A DNA stretch of 64,000 bases, taken from the NCBI GenBank assembly GCA_028534125.1, contig CM052837.1, positions 37,014,001-37,078,000 on the forward strand, in the 5' to 3' direction. Below the pieces are notes generated by a model. That model ran no database searches. It had not been told where the DNA came from and saw only the letters and a program-made list of their open reading frames with translations. The translations under genes were made by a program, and so were the position numbers. Positions 51,960 through 63,479 of this stretch are shown in pieces (position 1 is the stretch's first letter; every line of letters begins with the position of its first letter). Origin of the DNA: Lama glama. Its lineage: Eukaryota.

Positions 51960-52239
51960 CTGGCTCCATTTGCGGAGTCCCCGCGCCCTCCTCCGCCCCG
52001 GGCAGCGGCGTGTGGGGCCCGCGGGGCGCGCGGGGCCCGAGGAGGCGGCGGCGGCAGCGGCGGCGGCGGGCGAAGAGCGGCAGGCGGCGGCGGCGGCGGC
52101 GGCGGCGGCTCCCGCCCCGGACGGGTAACTGCGCTCAGGGCCGTGCCGGGGAGAGTTCCGCGAGCGGCTTCTGCGGGTCTTCCTGTGTTCCTCTCCACCA
52201 AGAGCTCGCGGGCCCAGCGGCGCGGGGAGGGCGAGCTCG
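51960..52239 (-). other. Candidate 5' exon ending ...ATGGAGCCAG|GTAAGT (non-coding or uORF-bearing)
   Basis: Perfect donor CAG|GTAAGT (intron starts 51959) inside the CpG island; (GCC)n tract upstream. 5' end uncertain: possible acceptor tctctttttacaacccag at 52240, paired with a further donor CAA|GTAAGC at 52502. Confidence 0.55.
52039..52109 (+). repeat. Interrupted GGC/GCC trinucleotide repeat, pure (GGC)9 at 52083-52109
   Basis: Read directly from the sequence. Confidence 0.95.
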
Positions 52240-52712
52240 CTGGGTTGTAAAAAGAGACTGGTTTCCATTTCTGAGCATCCAGGTTCTTTCTTTTGATCGC
52301 GTTCGTAGCGCGCTAGCGGGTCGGGCCGGGGAGAGGATACAGCCGGAGGAGGGCAGCTGCCCTGCCGAAGCGGGCTCCGCGCCTCTTCGCGGCCCGCGGC
52401 AGGCGGCCGGGCGCGCACACGCTCGCTCACCCCCTCGCCTCCGGCGCCTCCTCGCCGCGATTCCGCGGGGCGCCAGGCTCCGGGGACACCCGAGGGGCTT
52501 ACTTGGGCCCCCTCCCTGCTGCGGAAGGGGAAGAAGAGTGGGCTCTTCGGAGTAGGGGGCGGATCCGGGCTGGAGTCCGAGGAAGCACAGTCGGCGTGGC
52601 GCAGCGCCCCCGCCCCGCCCGCCCGCAGAGAAGACGCCGGAGTGTTCGCGCCCTTCGGGCGAGGACCCCACGCGAGCCGCAGCCGCGGCCCAGACCGCAG
52701 CCTGGCCGCTCA

Positions 52713-52860
52713 NNNNNNNNNNNNNNNNNNNNNNNNNNNNNNNNNNNNNNNNNNNNNNNNNNNNNNNNNNNNNNNNNNNNNNNNNNNNNNNNNNNNNNNN
52801 NNNNNNNNNNNNNNNNNNNNNNNNNNNNNNNNNNNNNNNNNNNNNNNNNNNNNNNNNNNN
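52713..52860. other. Assembly gap (N run)
   Basis: N characters. Confidence 1.
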
Positions 52861-53256
52861 GTGCCCCTCCCGCGGGAGGAGGGCGAGCCCGGCCCCCGGC
52901 GGCCCCTCGCTCCGCGGACAGATCCGATGAACAATGCGCCCGCCCAGAGGGCGGCCCAGCTGCCGGGCCCGGGACCTGGCCGCGGGGACACAAAGGGACC
53001 CGCACGCCGCGGGTGTCGCGGGGCGGGTGGGGGCGATGGAGGGGGAAACCTGTGGCCCAGACGAGACTGCGGCCACGTGTGTCCGCAGCACGGAGCGCCC
53101 AAAGGACGGCGGAGACCGGGAGACAAAGGGAGGGTCCGCGGGGGGCGGCGGAGTGGGGTGTGGGCGCCAGCGTGGGTGGGGGACGCCGTGCACCAGGGAG
53201 TCCGCGGCCGCACGGGCTCGGTCCGGGGAGGTCCGGCCGCACCGCGGGCAGGTTGG

Positions 53257-53277
53257 AGCGCTGTCCGCGGTGCTGGC
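53257..53277 (-). promoter_or_regulatory. RE1/NRSE (REST site) in the CpG island
   Basis: Minus strand GCCAGCACCGCGGACAGCGCT; core CAGCACCnnGGACAGCGC intact. Confidence 0.85.
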
Positions 53278-53366
53278 GGTGGGCGGCCCCGTGGGACAGC
53301 AGCGCCACGGGCGCAAGACCAACAGTGTCCCAAGGGCCACTCGCCCCAACCGCGGCGCGCTGGGTA

Positions 53367-53380
53367 GTTGCCATGGCTAC
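53367..53380. promoter_or_regulatory. RFX X-box
   Basis: GTTGCCATGGCTAC; reverse complement GTAGCCATGGCAAC fits GTNRCC-N(0-3)-RGYAAC. Confidence 0.7.
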
Positions 53381-53737
53381 GAGGGAGGCGGTGGGATGGG
53401 GCCTGAGATTACTGCAAAGTCTGTCCTTCCTCAGTCCACTGGGCCGCTGGGTGGGGGTGGCCCTCTTTGAGCTCCTGGAACTGTCCCCTCGCACCTCGAG
53501 GACGAGGCTCAAAATGGGGTGGGAGGACACGTTTACACCTGAGTCCAGGGTCCGAACAAGGGCAGGTGGGTGCACGTGACCGCATCGTGCCCCAAGCCTC
53601 CTCCGGACTGTGTAGGACTGAGGCACGTGAGGTTCCGCAGCCCCCGGAGAGAAGGCGAATCCCTCCCCCACCATCTGCAGCCGCAGTGACGCCCACTCAG
53701 GTTTGCTGCAGGCATTTTTTTTTTCTGTCCTCTGAGC

Positions 53738-53756
53738 CAGCGCCACCTGCTGGCGC
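53738..53756 (-). promoter_or_regulatory. CTCF core motif at CpG island edge
   Basis: Minus strand GCGCCAGCAGGTGGCGCTG fits CCASYAGRKGGCR. Confidence 0.7.
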
Positions 53757-56700
53757 CCTGGCCTGCGCTCACCCTGGCTCCTCCTGCCTCCCCCTCACCC
53801 GCCAGGCTCCCCCATTGCGACAACATCTTGGGTCACCCTCGGGGCAGGTCAGTGAGCCCTGCTTCCCCTCCAAGCCCCCATCCCTGGCTCGCAGCTGCAG
53901 TCTTTCCTCTTAACCGGGGTGAAGATGAGCTCCTCTGGCCAGGCTTCAAGCCTGCGCATGGGCCCGGGTCTCCCTCAAATCCTCCCGCCCCTGGGCCCTA
54001 GGCAGGGAGCAGAAAACAAGCACAAAAGGAGCCACTTGGGTTTGCGGCTGTGCCCCTCAACGCCCACCCACTCCTGCAGCTGCAGGGCAGGGCACCTGCC
54101 TCCCTACTCCCCGTCTCAGCTCAGCCCTCCAGCCCCTCCCTGAAACGTGGGCTGCAAGCACAGGCCGAAGCCAGGGCCCTCAGTCCATCACCCCACCTCA
54201 AGTCAGGGTCACTGCAGAGCCTGAAGACAGAGTCTTCTGATCTCCTGCCCCCTGGAGGGCAGGAAAGGCCAGAGAGCCTGGCCTGACCATGGTGCAGCAA
54301 GGCTGGCTGCTCTGGCTTGGTGACCCCTTGTCCTTTCTTCCTCTGTGAGGGATTCAGACAGCACCCCCAGGGCACCTCTGGTCAAGGGGGCAGGAGGAGC
54401 CCCGGAGGGGCCCCCGGGTCACTCCTGGGCAGCCCTGGGTCTGGGTGTCCCTGCTGGGTGTGGAAGGAGTGTGGCCTTGTCGAGTCTCAGCTTTCTCTGA
54501 GGGCTGCTCAGAACCTCCCTGGACCAGCGGCATGGACCCTTGCTCCCCTGGCTCTGGGCTCACCCACCTCCCTTCCTGGGGACCTGGCTCCTGACCAGAA
54601 TGGACCTTCCAGGCGAGGGGAGGGACAGTCCTCAGCAATTTCCCTGGGCTAGTCAGTCTGGTGCAAGTCCCGGGGGAAGAGGGTGGGGGCTCTGCCTTCC
54701 CAGAACCCTCCACTCAAGGAGGCCTGAAGTCATAGTCCACCTACGTCCCAGTCCCAACCACAGTTCTGCAGGTCCTCGGGGCTGACACTGAACCGGCCTG
54801 GCCCGGGCCGGGCTACAACTGGACAGTAGTCGCAGTGCAGGGCAGGCCACGTGCCACAGGACAGAGCCCAAAACCCGCACTCTGCACCCAGCAGAGTCCT
54901 GCGTGTCCTTGCTCTGTCTCCCTCCTCACACTCGCGCACCCACACACAGACCACTGACCCCACTCCAGGGGAAGAGCTTGAGCCCCCTGCCCAGTGCTAA
55001 CCGCCCCCAAGCTCCTGGCCAGGGTCTGGCCCACAGGACACTCCCTACAGAGGTGCTAGGGAGTCATCCTGGGGGCAGCAAGCTTGGCCACGTGCTCAGA
55101 ACGTCCCGAGACTGGGCTGGGTACCGAGCTGGGCTCTCCAGCCCAGGGCTCTCCAGCAGGGAGCCACCCCCAGTGTGGGGCCAGTGATGGGAACACGAGG
55201 AGATGGCAAGAGGCCCCCCCACCAGCTTGGCCTGCCCAAGGAACCAGCCCTCTGCTCTGAATAAAACTTAATAAGCTCCAAGGCTGGTGCTGCCAGTCCA
55301 CAGCCTCCTCCAAACCCCGTAGAGTCCCCTCTGGCCCCCCCAGCACTGCCCACTCCAATGCAGCAGCAGAAGAGAGAGGCACTGCAGGGCCAGGCAGCGG
55401 TCAGCCTGGGCTAGAGAGGCCACCACCTCCACACTCCCGGTCCCCTCCGCCCTGCCCTGACCTTGCCTTTTAGGCAGGGCACCCTCAAGTCCAGGCCCCA
55501 GGCAGGCCTCTGGTCAATGCAGAGATTAGAAGCTGAACTCTCCGGCCTGTCTGCCCTAGACAGTAAGCCTGGATACTGGTGGGGGGTGACCCCAGAGAGA
55601 GCACATCACAGGCAGCCCAGACTTCACCTCTGGGCTCCCACAACCAGTGGGGTAGGGTGAAGGGTGATGATGTGCGGAGGCAGTGAAAGTCAATTGGTGA
55701 AGCACTGCTCCCCTGGCCGGTCAGGCAGGAGAGAGTGTGGCGAGGGTCTGTTCCGTGTGGTGACCCCATTCCAGAGGGACTGAGGAGGCAATGGGGTCCT
55801 CTCACAGTCCCCACACATGGGCCAGGGGCTGCACTGTGCACCCCACCCCCACGCAGGCCTCCACGCCCCTCAGCCTCACGTTCCCTGTGTACCTCGTGGT
55901 CTCCTTGGCACCCATGCAACCCCCAGGCTGCTCTGGGGAAGCCAAGACCGGGGCTGACGCCCCAGCCCAAAGGTGAGGAGAGTGCATTTCAGGAGGAGCC
56001 CAGCCAGTCACCTCCCCTCCCACCAACATTCCTGCAGCTGTTTGTCCCCATACAGGGACATGCACAGACTGCCCGGCTCCCTTATTGGGGTCAGCAGCCA
56101 GACAAGAGATGGGCACAAACCTGCCCTTCCCAGGTCTACTCCCTCTGCAGCAGGCAGGCTGGTCCACACACACTCAGCACCCAGGGGGCGTGCAGCCGGA
56201 AGGCACGGGCAGGAATCACCCCTGTGCTGGGGAATGGGAGCCAGAAACGATTCCTGCAGGTTCTCGGATGGGGGCAAGGGCAGCTGAGCCCCGTCCCCAT
56301 GGCCAGGGGTGGGAAACTGAGGAAGGCGGAAAGGCACTGCCCCTCTGGCAGGTAACAGGGCTCTGCTCACAGGGCCTCCGGGCCCCATCTCGAGTCCTCG
56401 GCCACGTTCAGCAGGCCCTTTCAGGCTGCCCCAAGATGACTGTGGACTCCCTGCAGCCCCTCTTCCCTGACTTTTTACCCCAGGGTCACCACCCAGCGGG
56501 GACACCACTCTGGTCCCAGAGTCAGCGGACTCGGCACTCCCGCCTGGACCCGGGGCTGAGCCTCTAAAGGCATTTGTGCTGGAGCCCCAGGCAGTCGGGG
56601 AGGGCACCTAGGCTGTTCTAGGGTGTGACTGCTCTGGACCCTCCTCCTGAGACCCCCGAACTGGGACCGAGGCCGGTCCCTGTGAGCAGAGTCTGCACCC

Positions 56701-57094
56701 CACAGGAACAATGACCAGCAAGACCAGACGTAGGACATTCCCAGGCCCAGCCGGTGCCCAGCTGCAGCTCAAAAAGCATACAGGGTCAGCACTCTGCAGA
56801 GGGCTGCTCTACAAAGCACACACAGCAAGCAGTCTCAGAGCACAGCCAGGCAGCAGGCTCTGCTCCGGCACACCCGAGTTGGGTTGGGGGCTGCCCTGCA
56901 GGTGCTGGTGCTCACCACACGAGGGCGCCTGGAGCCGCTGCAGGATTGCGCTCCCGGACACTCTGGCCAGCAGAGGCCAGGCCTAGAGGCCGTCTGTGTG
57001 AGCGTGACAGAGGCAACCCCCGCCTCACTTCAGACTGGGGAAGGAGGGACACCCAGGCCCACAAGAAGTGAGGCCCCTGCACACCTGTCCTTGC

Positions 57095-57230
57095 TTCATT
57101 CGTTCAACAAGTATTTCTGAGTCCCTCCTGGGGACCAGGCCACAAGTGCTGCCAAGGGCTGGGCCAGCCTGCAGGGGATGGGGCCCTGATGCGCAGAGTG
57201 GGGACCCGGCTGGAACTGAGCCTGGGACAA
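57095..57230 (-). mobile_element. L2 3' fragment
   Basis: ttcattcgttcaacaagtatttctgagtccctcctggggaccaggc. Confidence 0.7.
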
Positions 57231-57388
57231 AGCAGGAGCTTCCTGATGATGGCAGGCACGAAGGTGGGTCCCCTCAGCCATCGGTCATGAGCAATCTCAG
57301 ACCTCACCCAATTCTTTCACCTCTCTCTGCCTTGGTTTTCTCTTCTGTGACCAGAGAGTGAGCTCCGACATGTTCACTCAGTAAATGT

Positions 57389-57618
57389 GATCACCAACAC
57401 CATCAGCTCCATCACCATCACCACTATCATCACCATTCTCACCATCAGCAGCACCTCCATCACCAACACCATCACCATCACACCATCATCAGCACCGCCA
57501 TCACCACCATCACCACTATCATCACCATCCTCAACACCATCACCTCCATCACCATCACCACCATCATCTCCACTATCATCACCATCCTCACCATCAGCAG
57601 CAGCACCACCATAATCAT
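57389..57618 (+). repeat. (CAC/CAT)n, CACCAT-type simple repeat
   Basis: About 230 bp of catcac/caccat units. Confidence 0.95.
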
Positions 57619-60600
57619 CGCGGACCTCACAGGGTGAGGCCACTCAAACTCCCTTTGGCTTGTCCTGTTTTCAGTCCTTTGAAGCACCAGGGGTGGGTGA
57701 GCAGAATGAAGATGAAGCAGGTCACTCAAAAGACCCATGTGCTCCTAGCAGGGTGATCACGTGTTGAAGGCACACGAGAGGCAGAGATGGGGTGAGGCAA
57801 AGAGCTGAGAATTGAGTGGTGAAGTGTGGGGCACTCAGGTCCCCAACCCCACAGAGGGTAGCTCTCATCAGGCCACAGAGGTGCTTGGCCATCACTGCCC
57901 AAGCAGCCCAGACCCAGCTGACCTTTGGGCAGTCTCCAACATCCTGTCCCCATGGTCTTTCAAAATTTCAGGGAAGATCCCTGTCCTGGCACCCAAACCA
58001 CACCTCCCCAGTCACTCTACACTCAGAGAAGTGCAGAACCCCCTGGGGCAAGCATTCCTGCCTCCTGGTTTAGAAGGCATGGTGGCCACTACTCTCAGAG
58101 CCCAACTGTCTTCAAAGATGGGAGATAGTGTCCCAAGAGCCCGCATTTGGCCCATTCCCAGCCAAATCCGACTTTCCTCCTGCAAAGCATCTGAGGTGGT
58201 GGTTTGCCCTGAACCCAGATGGACAGTCAGGCAGGATTCCCCCAGGGGCCCCTGCTTGTCCTGAACCATTATCATCTTCACAACTGACCGTCAGTGTTAC
58301 CAGGGCCCATGTGTGTGCGTGGGCAGGAGCGGTGTATAGACATGCATGTGTTCATGTAATGTCTGTGTGTAACCTGTGTGCACACAATAGGACACAGGTG
58401 TGTGTGCTCACGCTCTCGTCTGTGTTTGCATGTGTGTTGGTGCGTGTGCGCACAGAGGACAGTTCGAGGGTGGGAGAGAAGCACAGCCCTGTGGACTCCC
58501 AGCTGCTCCAACTGGAAAGCCCCTTGCCGTCCTCCCCAAATAGCCCTTCGGGCTTCAGCTCCTTTGGAGGCTCCCATGACCACCCACCCAAGGGCAGGAA
58601 TGCCAGGCCAGTCTCTCCTTGGGGGGCTGTCTCCTTACTCCCGCCATCCACTGAAGCTGCCCCACCCTGGAGTCCCTCATTGGCAGCCAGAGTGCAGACA
58701 CAGACCTGCCCCACCATCCAGGGCTGCAGGTCTGTCTGCCTTCCTGTCCAGCCAGGCTCTGCCCTCCAGGTCTCGTGGGGCCTCCACCCAGCCTCACCCA
58801 ACCCCGTTCTGGCATCCACCAGGCCATGCCCCTCCATAGCCAGCAGACTGAAAAACTGGACAGAGGCAAGAGCAAGCCAGCTCCGTGCCACCCTCACCTG
58901 GGCCCTGGCTGCCGGGTGCGGGGTGGGTCAGTCCAGCTCTAAGCTTCGCTGCCCCTACAGTGCCCGGGAGTAAGGCCCTGGCAGGGGACGCCCCAGGAAG
59001 GCGAGCGGGCTGTGTGCTCTGGCAGCATCCACATTTACTCCGCCCCCCGTGCCCCCACCTCCTGTGCAGCCGGGACCCTGAGCAGCAGTTAGACCCCCAG
59101 GAGGCTGGGAACCCGCTCCTGGCTCTCAGAGCTGGGGACAGAAGCGGGGCCTGATTGGGGCAGGGCTGTGCCTGGGGGAAGGACCAGCTCCCAGAGGGAG
59201 GCTCAGACACAGCCCCTGGCCTCTGGCCTCCTCCTGTGCTGCCCTGACCAAGTCCCTCTCAGACCACGACCCACTCCTGATCTGCATGCGAAGCAGACAC
59301 TGCTGCCTGCCACTCTCCCACCACCTGCACACAAACGCCCCTCCCAGTCCAGTCCCCAGTACGGGCCCACCCACCCTGCCCTCTGTCCTAGTGCCTAGGG
59401 CCTCCCTCTGGCTGCCCCTGCTCCACAACACCCCCACCTGTGCCTGCTGGGAGACTACAGCCAACTGGCCCGCTGCCCACACCCAGCCCCCCGGCGTCCT
59501 CACCTCCGTGAAGGCTTCCCCACCCAGCCCGTCCGCACCAGCCTCCCTCTCCTCTCCCAGCTCCCGCAGCAGCAAGCCGCCGTTGGCTCTCCCGCTGCGT
59601 GTGCTCTACGACCCCTGGGGGGCCCTCAGTGGCAGGGTCTGTGTCACCAAGCCCTGCCCCTAGGAAGGCAGCCAGAGCCCCAGAGGCTGGCTGAGCTCCA
59701 ACTTCTAGTGACTTTGGGGCTTGGGGACAGTGAGGCTCTCGGGGACCTGCATTAAGGGACACGTACTCCTGCAGTGAAAGGATTCAGGTGCCTGCACCAG
59801 GAGTGCACCTGGGCAGGAACCCCAGTATCAGCCTGGGGCTTGGGGGACCAGGGCAAAGGGTAGCATTTCACCAACCAAAAGGGGGTGAGCCACAGGCCCC
59901 TGTCTCTCCCTGGTAACTGTTCTCGGGTGGGGCTGTCCCAGGGCTCAGGCATGAAGCACAGACCCGGTCCTACCAGGGCCACGTCAGAACTTTCGCCAGC
60001 AGCTGTCTTAACACAGGGTGCAGGTAGGAAGAGGCCATGCGGTCCACACTGCATCACTGACACCCACGGTGGGGGTGCAGAGGGCAGTCATCGCTCAGAA
60101 CACACTCAGATGACACGCCTCCGTCGGAGCCGGTGGCTCGTCTCACGTGAGCAAGGAGACACCGGTTTATTTCCACAGTGGGACGGGCCCTGCTGAGCGC
60201 CTGCTGGCCCAGCCTTGGCCCCTGGCCCCTACGTCTGCCAGTGGGCACCCCCTCCCTCTGCACCAGCCCTGGGACTAAACCCACTTCTGCTTCCATGGGC
60301 TACTCTCCAGGGCCTCCCGGCTGCAAAGCACCTGGTGCTGGGGCTCCCGGTACAGTGGCCCTGGGACAGCAATCACCAGCTGTCCTCAACATCCTCCATC
60401 TCCAGGGGACCCCACAGGAAGGAGCTGGAGGGGCGGACTTGACCCTGTGGCCTCCCCAGGTCTGCGAGGAGTTGTGGTAGGAGAGGCCGGCCCAGCACGG
60501 CCTTGAGGTTTCCTCCAGACACAGGGGAGCTAGGCCAAGAAGCCTCCTCGCCACCCCGAGGTGCTGACCACAGTGCCCACAGCCACATGCTCGCAGACAA

Positions 60601-60619
60601 GCCTGGTGTGCTGCAGCCA

Positions 60620-60924
60620 AATACATGCACGGACATCACACGGTGCAGAAAACACGCCCTCAGCACACACAGCACACGTACACACAGCCCCCCTCACACA
60701 CCACGCGCAACTACCTACACATTCACACGCAACCCTACAACATACATGCACAGCACGCCTAAACACAACACACTCGTGCACACACACGCACACACAAGTC
60801 ACAGGGGCACACCCACACGCCCCCACACTCCACACACACTCATGTACACACACGTACATGCACATACAAGTCACAGGGGTACACCCACACGCCCCCACGC
60901 TCCACACACACCCATGTACACACA
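60620..60924 (+). repeat. CA-rich low-complexity tract with internal 72-bp duplication
   Basis: aagtcacagggg...cacacgcccccac...catgtacacac at 60796 and 60868. Confidence 0.85.
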
Positions 60925-61050
60925 GCAAATAACCAAGGAAATGGGGCAAAATGTTAACCATGAGCAAATGTGGGTAAAGGTACCCTCCTGTACTATTCTT
61001 ATTCTTGTAGTTTTACTGTAAATTTGGTATTACTTCCAAATAAAAAGTTT
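60925..61050 (+). mobile_element. L1ME/L1MC 3' end
   Basis: ggggcaaaatgttaac ... tgtactattcttattcttgtagttttactgtaaatttg ... ttccaaataaaaagttt. Confidence 0.8.
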
Positions 61051-63479
61051 GAGAACGTGGATTCCTCGCCAGCCCCCACCCCCGTCCTAACCACCTAGAA
61101 TACACCTGTAAGCACCTTTCCCGGACCTGGGACAAGTCCCTACTCGTGGCACCAGGTACCTACCCCATCTCCAGGTGCCTAAACCCTATCCCTGGGATAT
61201 GGCAGGCACCCCCAAAGAGCAAGGGGGAGGAAGGCTCTCCCTGACCCTGTGGACAAGCCCCACCCAGGGACCAGATGTCCTTGATGAGCTGGCCCTCCTG
61301 ACGCCCCCCCCCCACCCCCCGCCTAGATCAAGAAACACCAGCCACACTTTCCAACACGTCCCCCTGGCCCCGGGGTCGGCCGTGGCTACCACCAACCCAA
61401 CCTGACAGGAGGGACAGCTTGGGGGTTCTCCTGCCGGGTGGAGATGGAGCAGAACCGACACCTGGAGGGGGGCAGGAGGGGCAATGCTCACCCTGGACCC
61501 CTGGTGTGGCCAAGACTTGGCCTGACCAGGCCCCCCTTCCCCGCCAGCCTTCAGAAGCCCTCCATTTCCAGGCAGGAGCCAGTTCAGCAGGTCTGAGGTG
61601 ACATGCCCCTGCCTTCACAACAGGGGCCACCCACCACCCCCTCAGCTCCCTTCCCCTCCCGGACGCCCCTGGGGAGCAGAGGGCAGCCTGGCCACATCAG
61701 AAGCCAACCCCCGGGCTGCCAGTGGTCAAAGGTCACGCTGTCCTTCACCTGGAGATGTTCCTGCATCTCCCGGCTCTGCAGCCACAGCGGCCCTGCGCCC
61801 TACGCCGCCACAGGGCCAGCAGGTCGGGCACCGGGCCCTTTGGGAGGGCCTCTTGTTGGGGTGAAGCCTGGGCCCTGACCGGCTCTCCCTGCAGCACAGT
61901 GGGTGCTGCGGGCAGACACTCCACCTGCGCGCGCTGCCAGGAGAGGAGGGTTCAAGTGGCCTCCCTCTGTGTGGCCCCTCTCCCCGTCACATCTTCACTT
62001 GGACCCTCCCCGGCGGGTCCCTTCCGGTAAATATAGATAAACAGAGAAAAGATAGTCCACCAAGTAACCTTTTAGCTTAAGACATTTCCCCACGTGACTC
62101 ATCCACAGGAACAGTTACTACGTGAAGAGATGGTGCAAGGCAGCTGTTCAAATTCTTTTTACAACACACTGGTTTCGAAAAAGAAATTGCACGTGCAAAT
62201 CTCAAAAGCAACCCAGGGATGCAGAAGAAACAAGTGTATGAGGCTCATGCGGGAGCCCGCAGAGGGGAGCAGCGAGGGCTCCACACAGCAGCTCAGGGGT
62301 CCCGGGGCCTCGTCCAGCGGCTGCGACACCCCTGGGAAGATGTCGGGGACCAGAGACAAGGCTGGCACCCGCTCACGGGCCTCAGCTTGGGCTGCCTCCC
62401 CCTTCAGAGTCCGAGGACAGGGTCCTCACTGAGGGAGGCGCCCCTGAAGGCCAAGCAGCCTCTCTCCGGCCTCCTGCTCGCCCACAGTTTAACAGCCGGT
62501 GCAGAGGAGCCCCCTGCGAACCACCCAGGGAGGCCCTGGGCAGCTGTCAGGATGCTGTGTGCTCCCCCAGTCAGACCCTCTGAGGAAACTTCTAGAGCCA
62601 GAGGGACCACCCCACAAGAACACTGGGCTGCCAACCCACATGGAGTTTAAGAATCTGGAAGTACTGTGCTTTGGAGCAGGGCAGAGGGAGAAAGGTAGCC
62701 AACTGGCTGGCTTAAGGGGGAAAGACTGACGGGCAGCAGCCCTTCATGAGCCAAACCTGACACACACTGAAGGTGGCGTGAGGTCCAGCTCCCCTCCCAC
62801 ACCGTGACCCCCAACAGCCCTTCCTTCCCAGACGCCCCGAGCACCAGGACAGCAAGCGAGCTGGCGGGGCAGGGGAGCCTGCAGACCAGGCAACACTTAC
62901 GGGCCAGGAACCCAGGCCGGCCAGTAACTGACCCGCCACAGCCTCTACTCCCGGTAACTGGCCCCAACCCTCTCTGCTGCCCTGACTCGCAGGAAGAGGT
63001 GGTAACATCTGTCAGGGCACTGGCCGGGCGACCACATCTCGAGCCGGGAGCCACCGCCTCTTCAAGGCAGCCCGACCATCAAGCACTTGGGAGGTGATGG
63101 CAGGGAGACTCCGACACACACGCTTCTGCAAAGGGACCCTTCAGCGGCTCTGCAGTTAAACCGTCGCCAGCCCGTAAGGCAGGGCGGAAGAGTGAGACGG
63201 CGCCAGCCGTGCCGAACAGGCGATTGGCAGGCCTGTGCTCTCCGAGAGGCGAGGCTCCCCGACGCTGCCCGGACCCCTCACAGGCAGCGGCAGCTCCGCG
63301 AGAGCGAGCGCCCAGCCCCGAGGGCCCGCAGAGCTCGCAGCTCGCAGACAGCACCTGCGCACTGGGTGGGTGGCCCTCCGCGTGGGTGCGTGCGCGCGGC
63401 ACGTGTGGGGCAGGCATGTGCACGGCTCTCACACTCCGACTCCAGCTCCTGTGGCGAGCTCTTCAGCAGCCCCTTAGTC

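Larger units (their letters stand above)
51400..53700. promoter_or_regulatory. CpG island / promoter region of an unidentified gene
   Basis: Very high GC and CpG density, GGC repeats, GC boxes (e.g. ccccgccccgcccgccc near 52607), splice donors, and two assembly gaps typical of extreme-GC promoters. Confidence 0.9.

Noticed and set aside
51616-52128. Poly-alanine ORF resembling a transcription-factor N-terminus
   Set aside because: Simply the translation of the GGC repeat; non-ATG start, spans a gap and stops at once
52135-53746. 350-415-aa ORFs across the CpG island
   Set aside because: They run through N-gaps, are open in several frames on both strands and show no homology: CpG-island artefacts
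57374-57738. D/G-rich, S/P-rich and M/V-rich ORFs
   Set aside because: Translations of the (CACCAT)n simple repeat
62837-62856. RE1-like gagcaccaggacagc (similar near 20520 and 42630)
   Set aside because: One-bp spacer between half-sites plus further mismatches; not canonical
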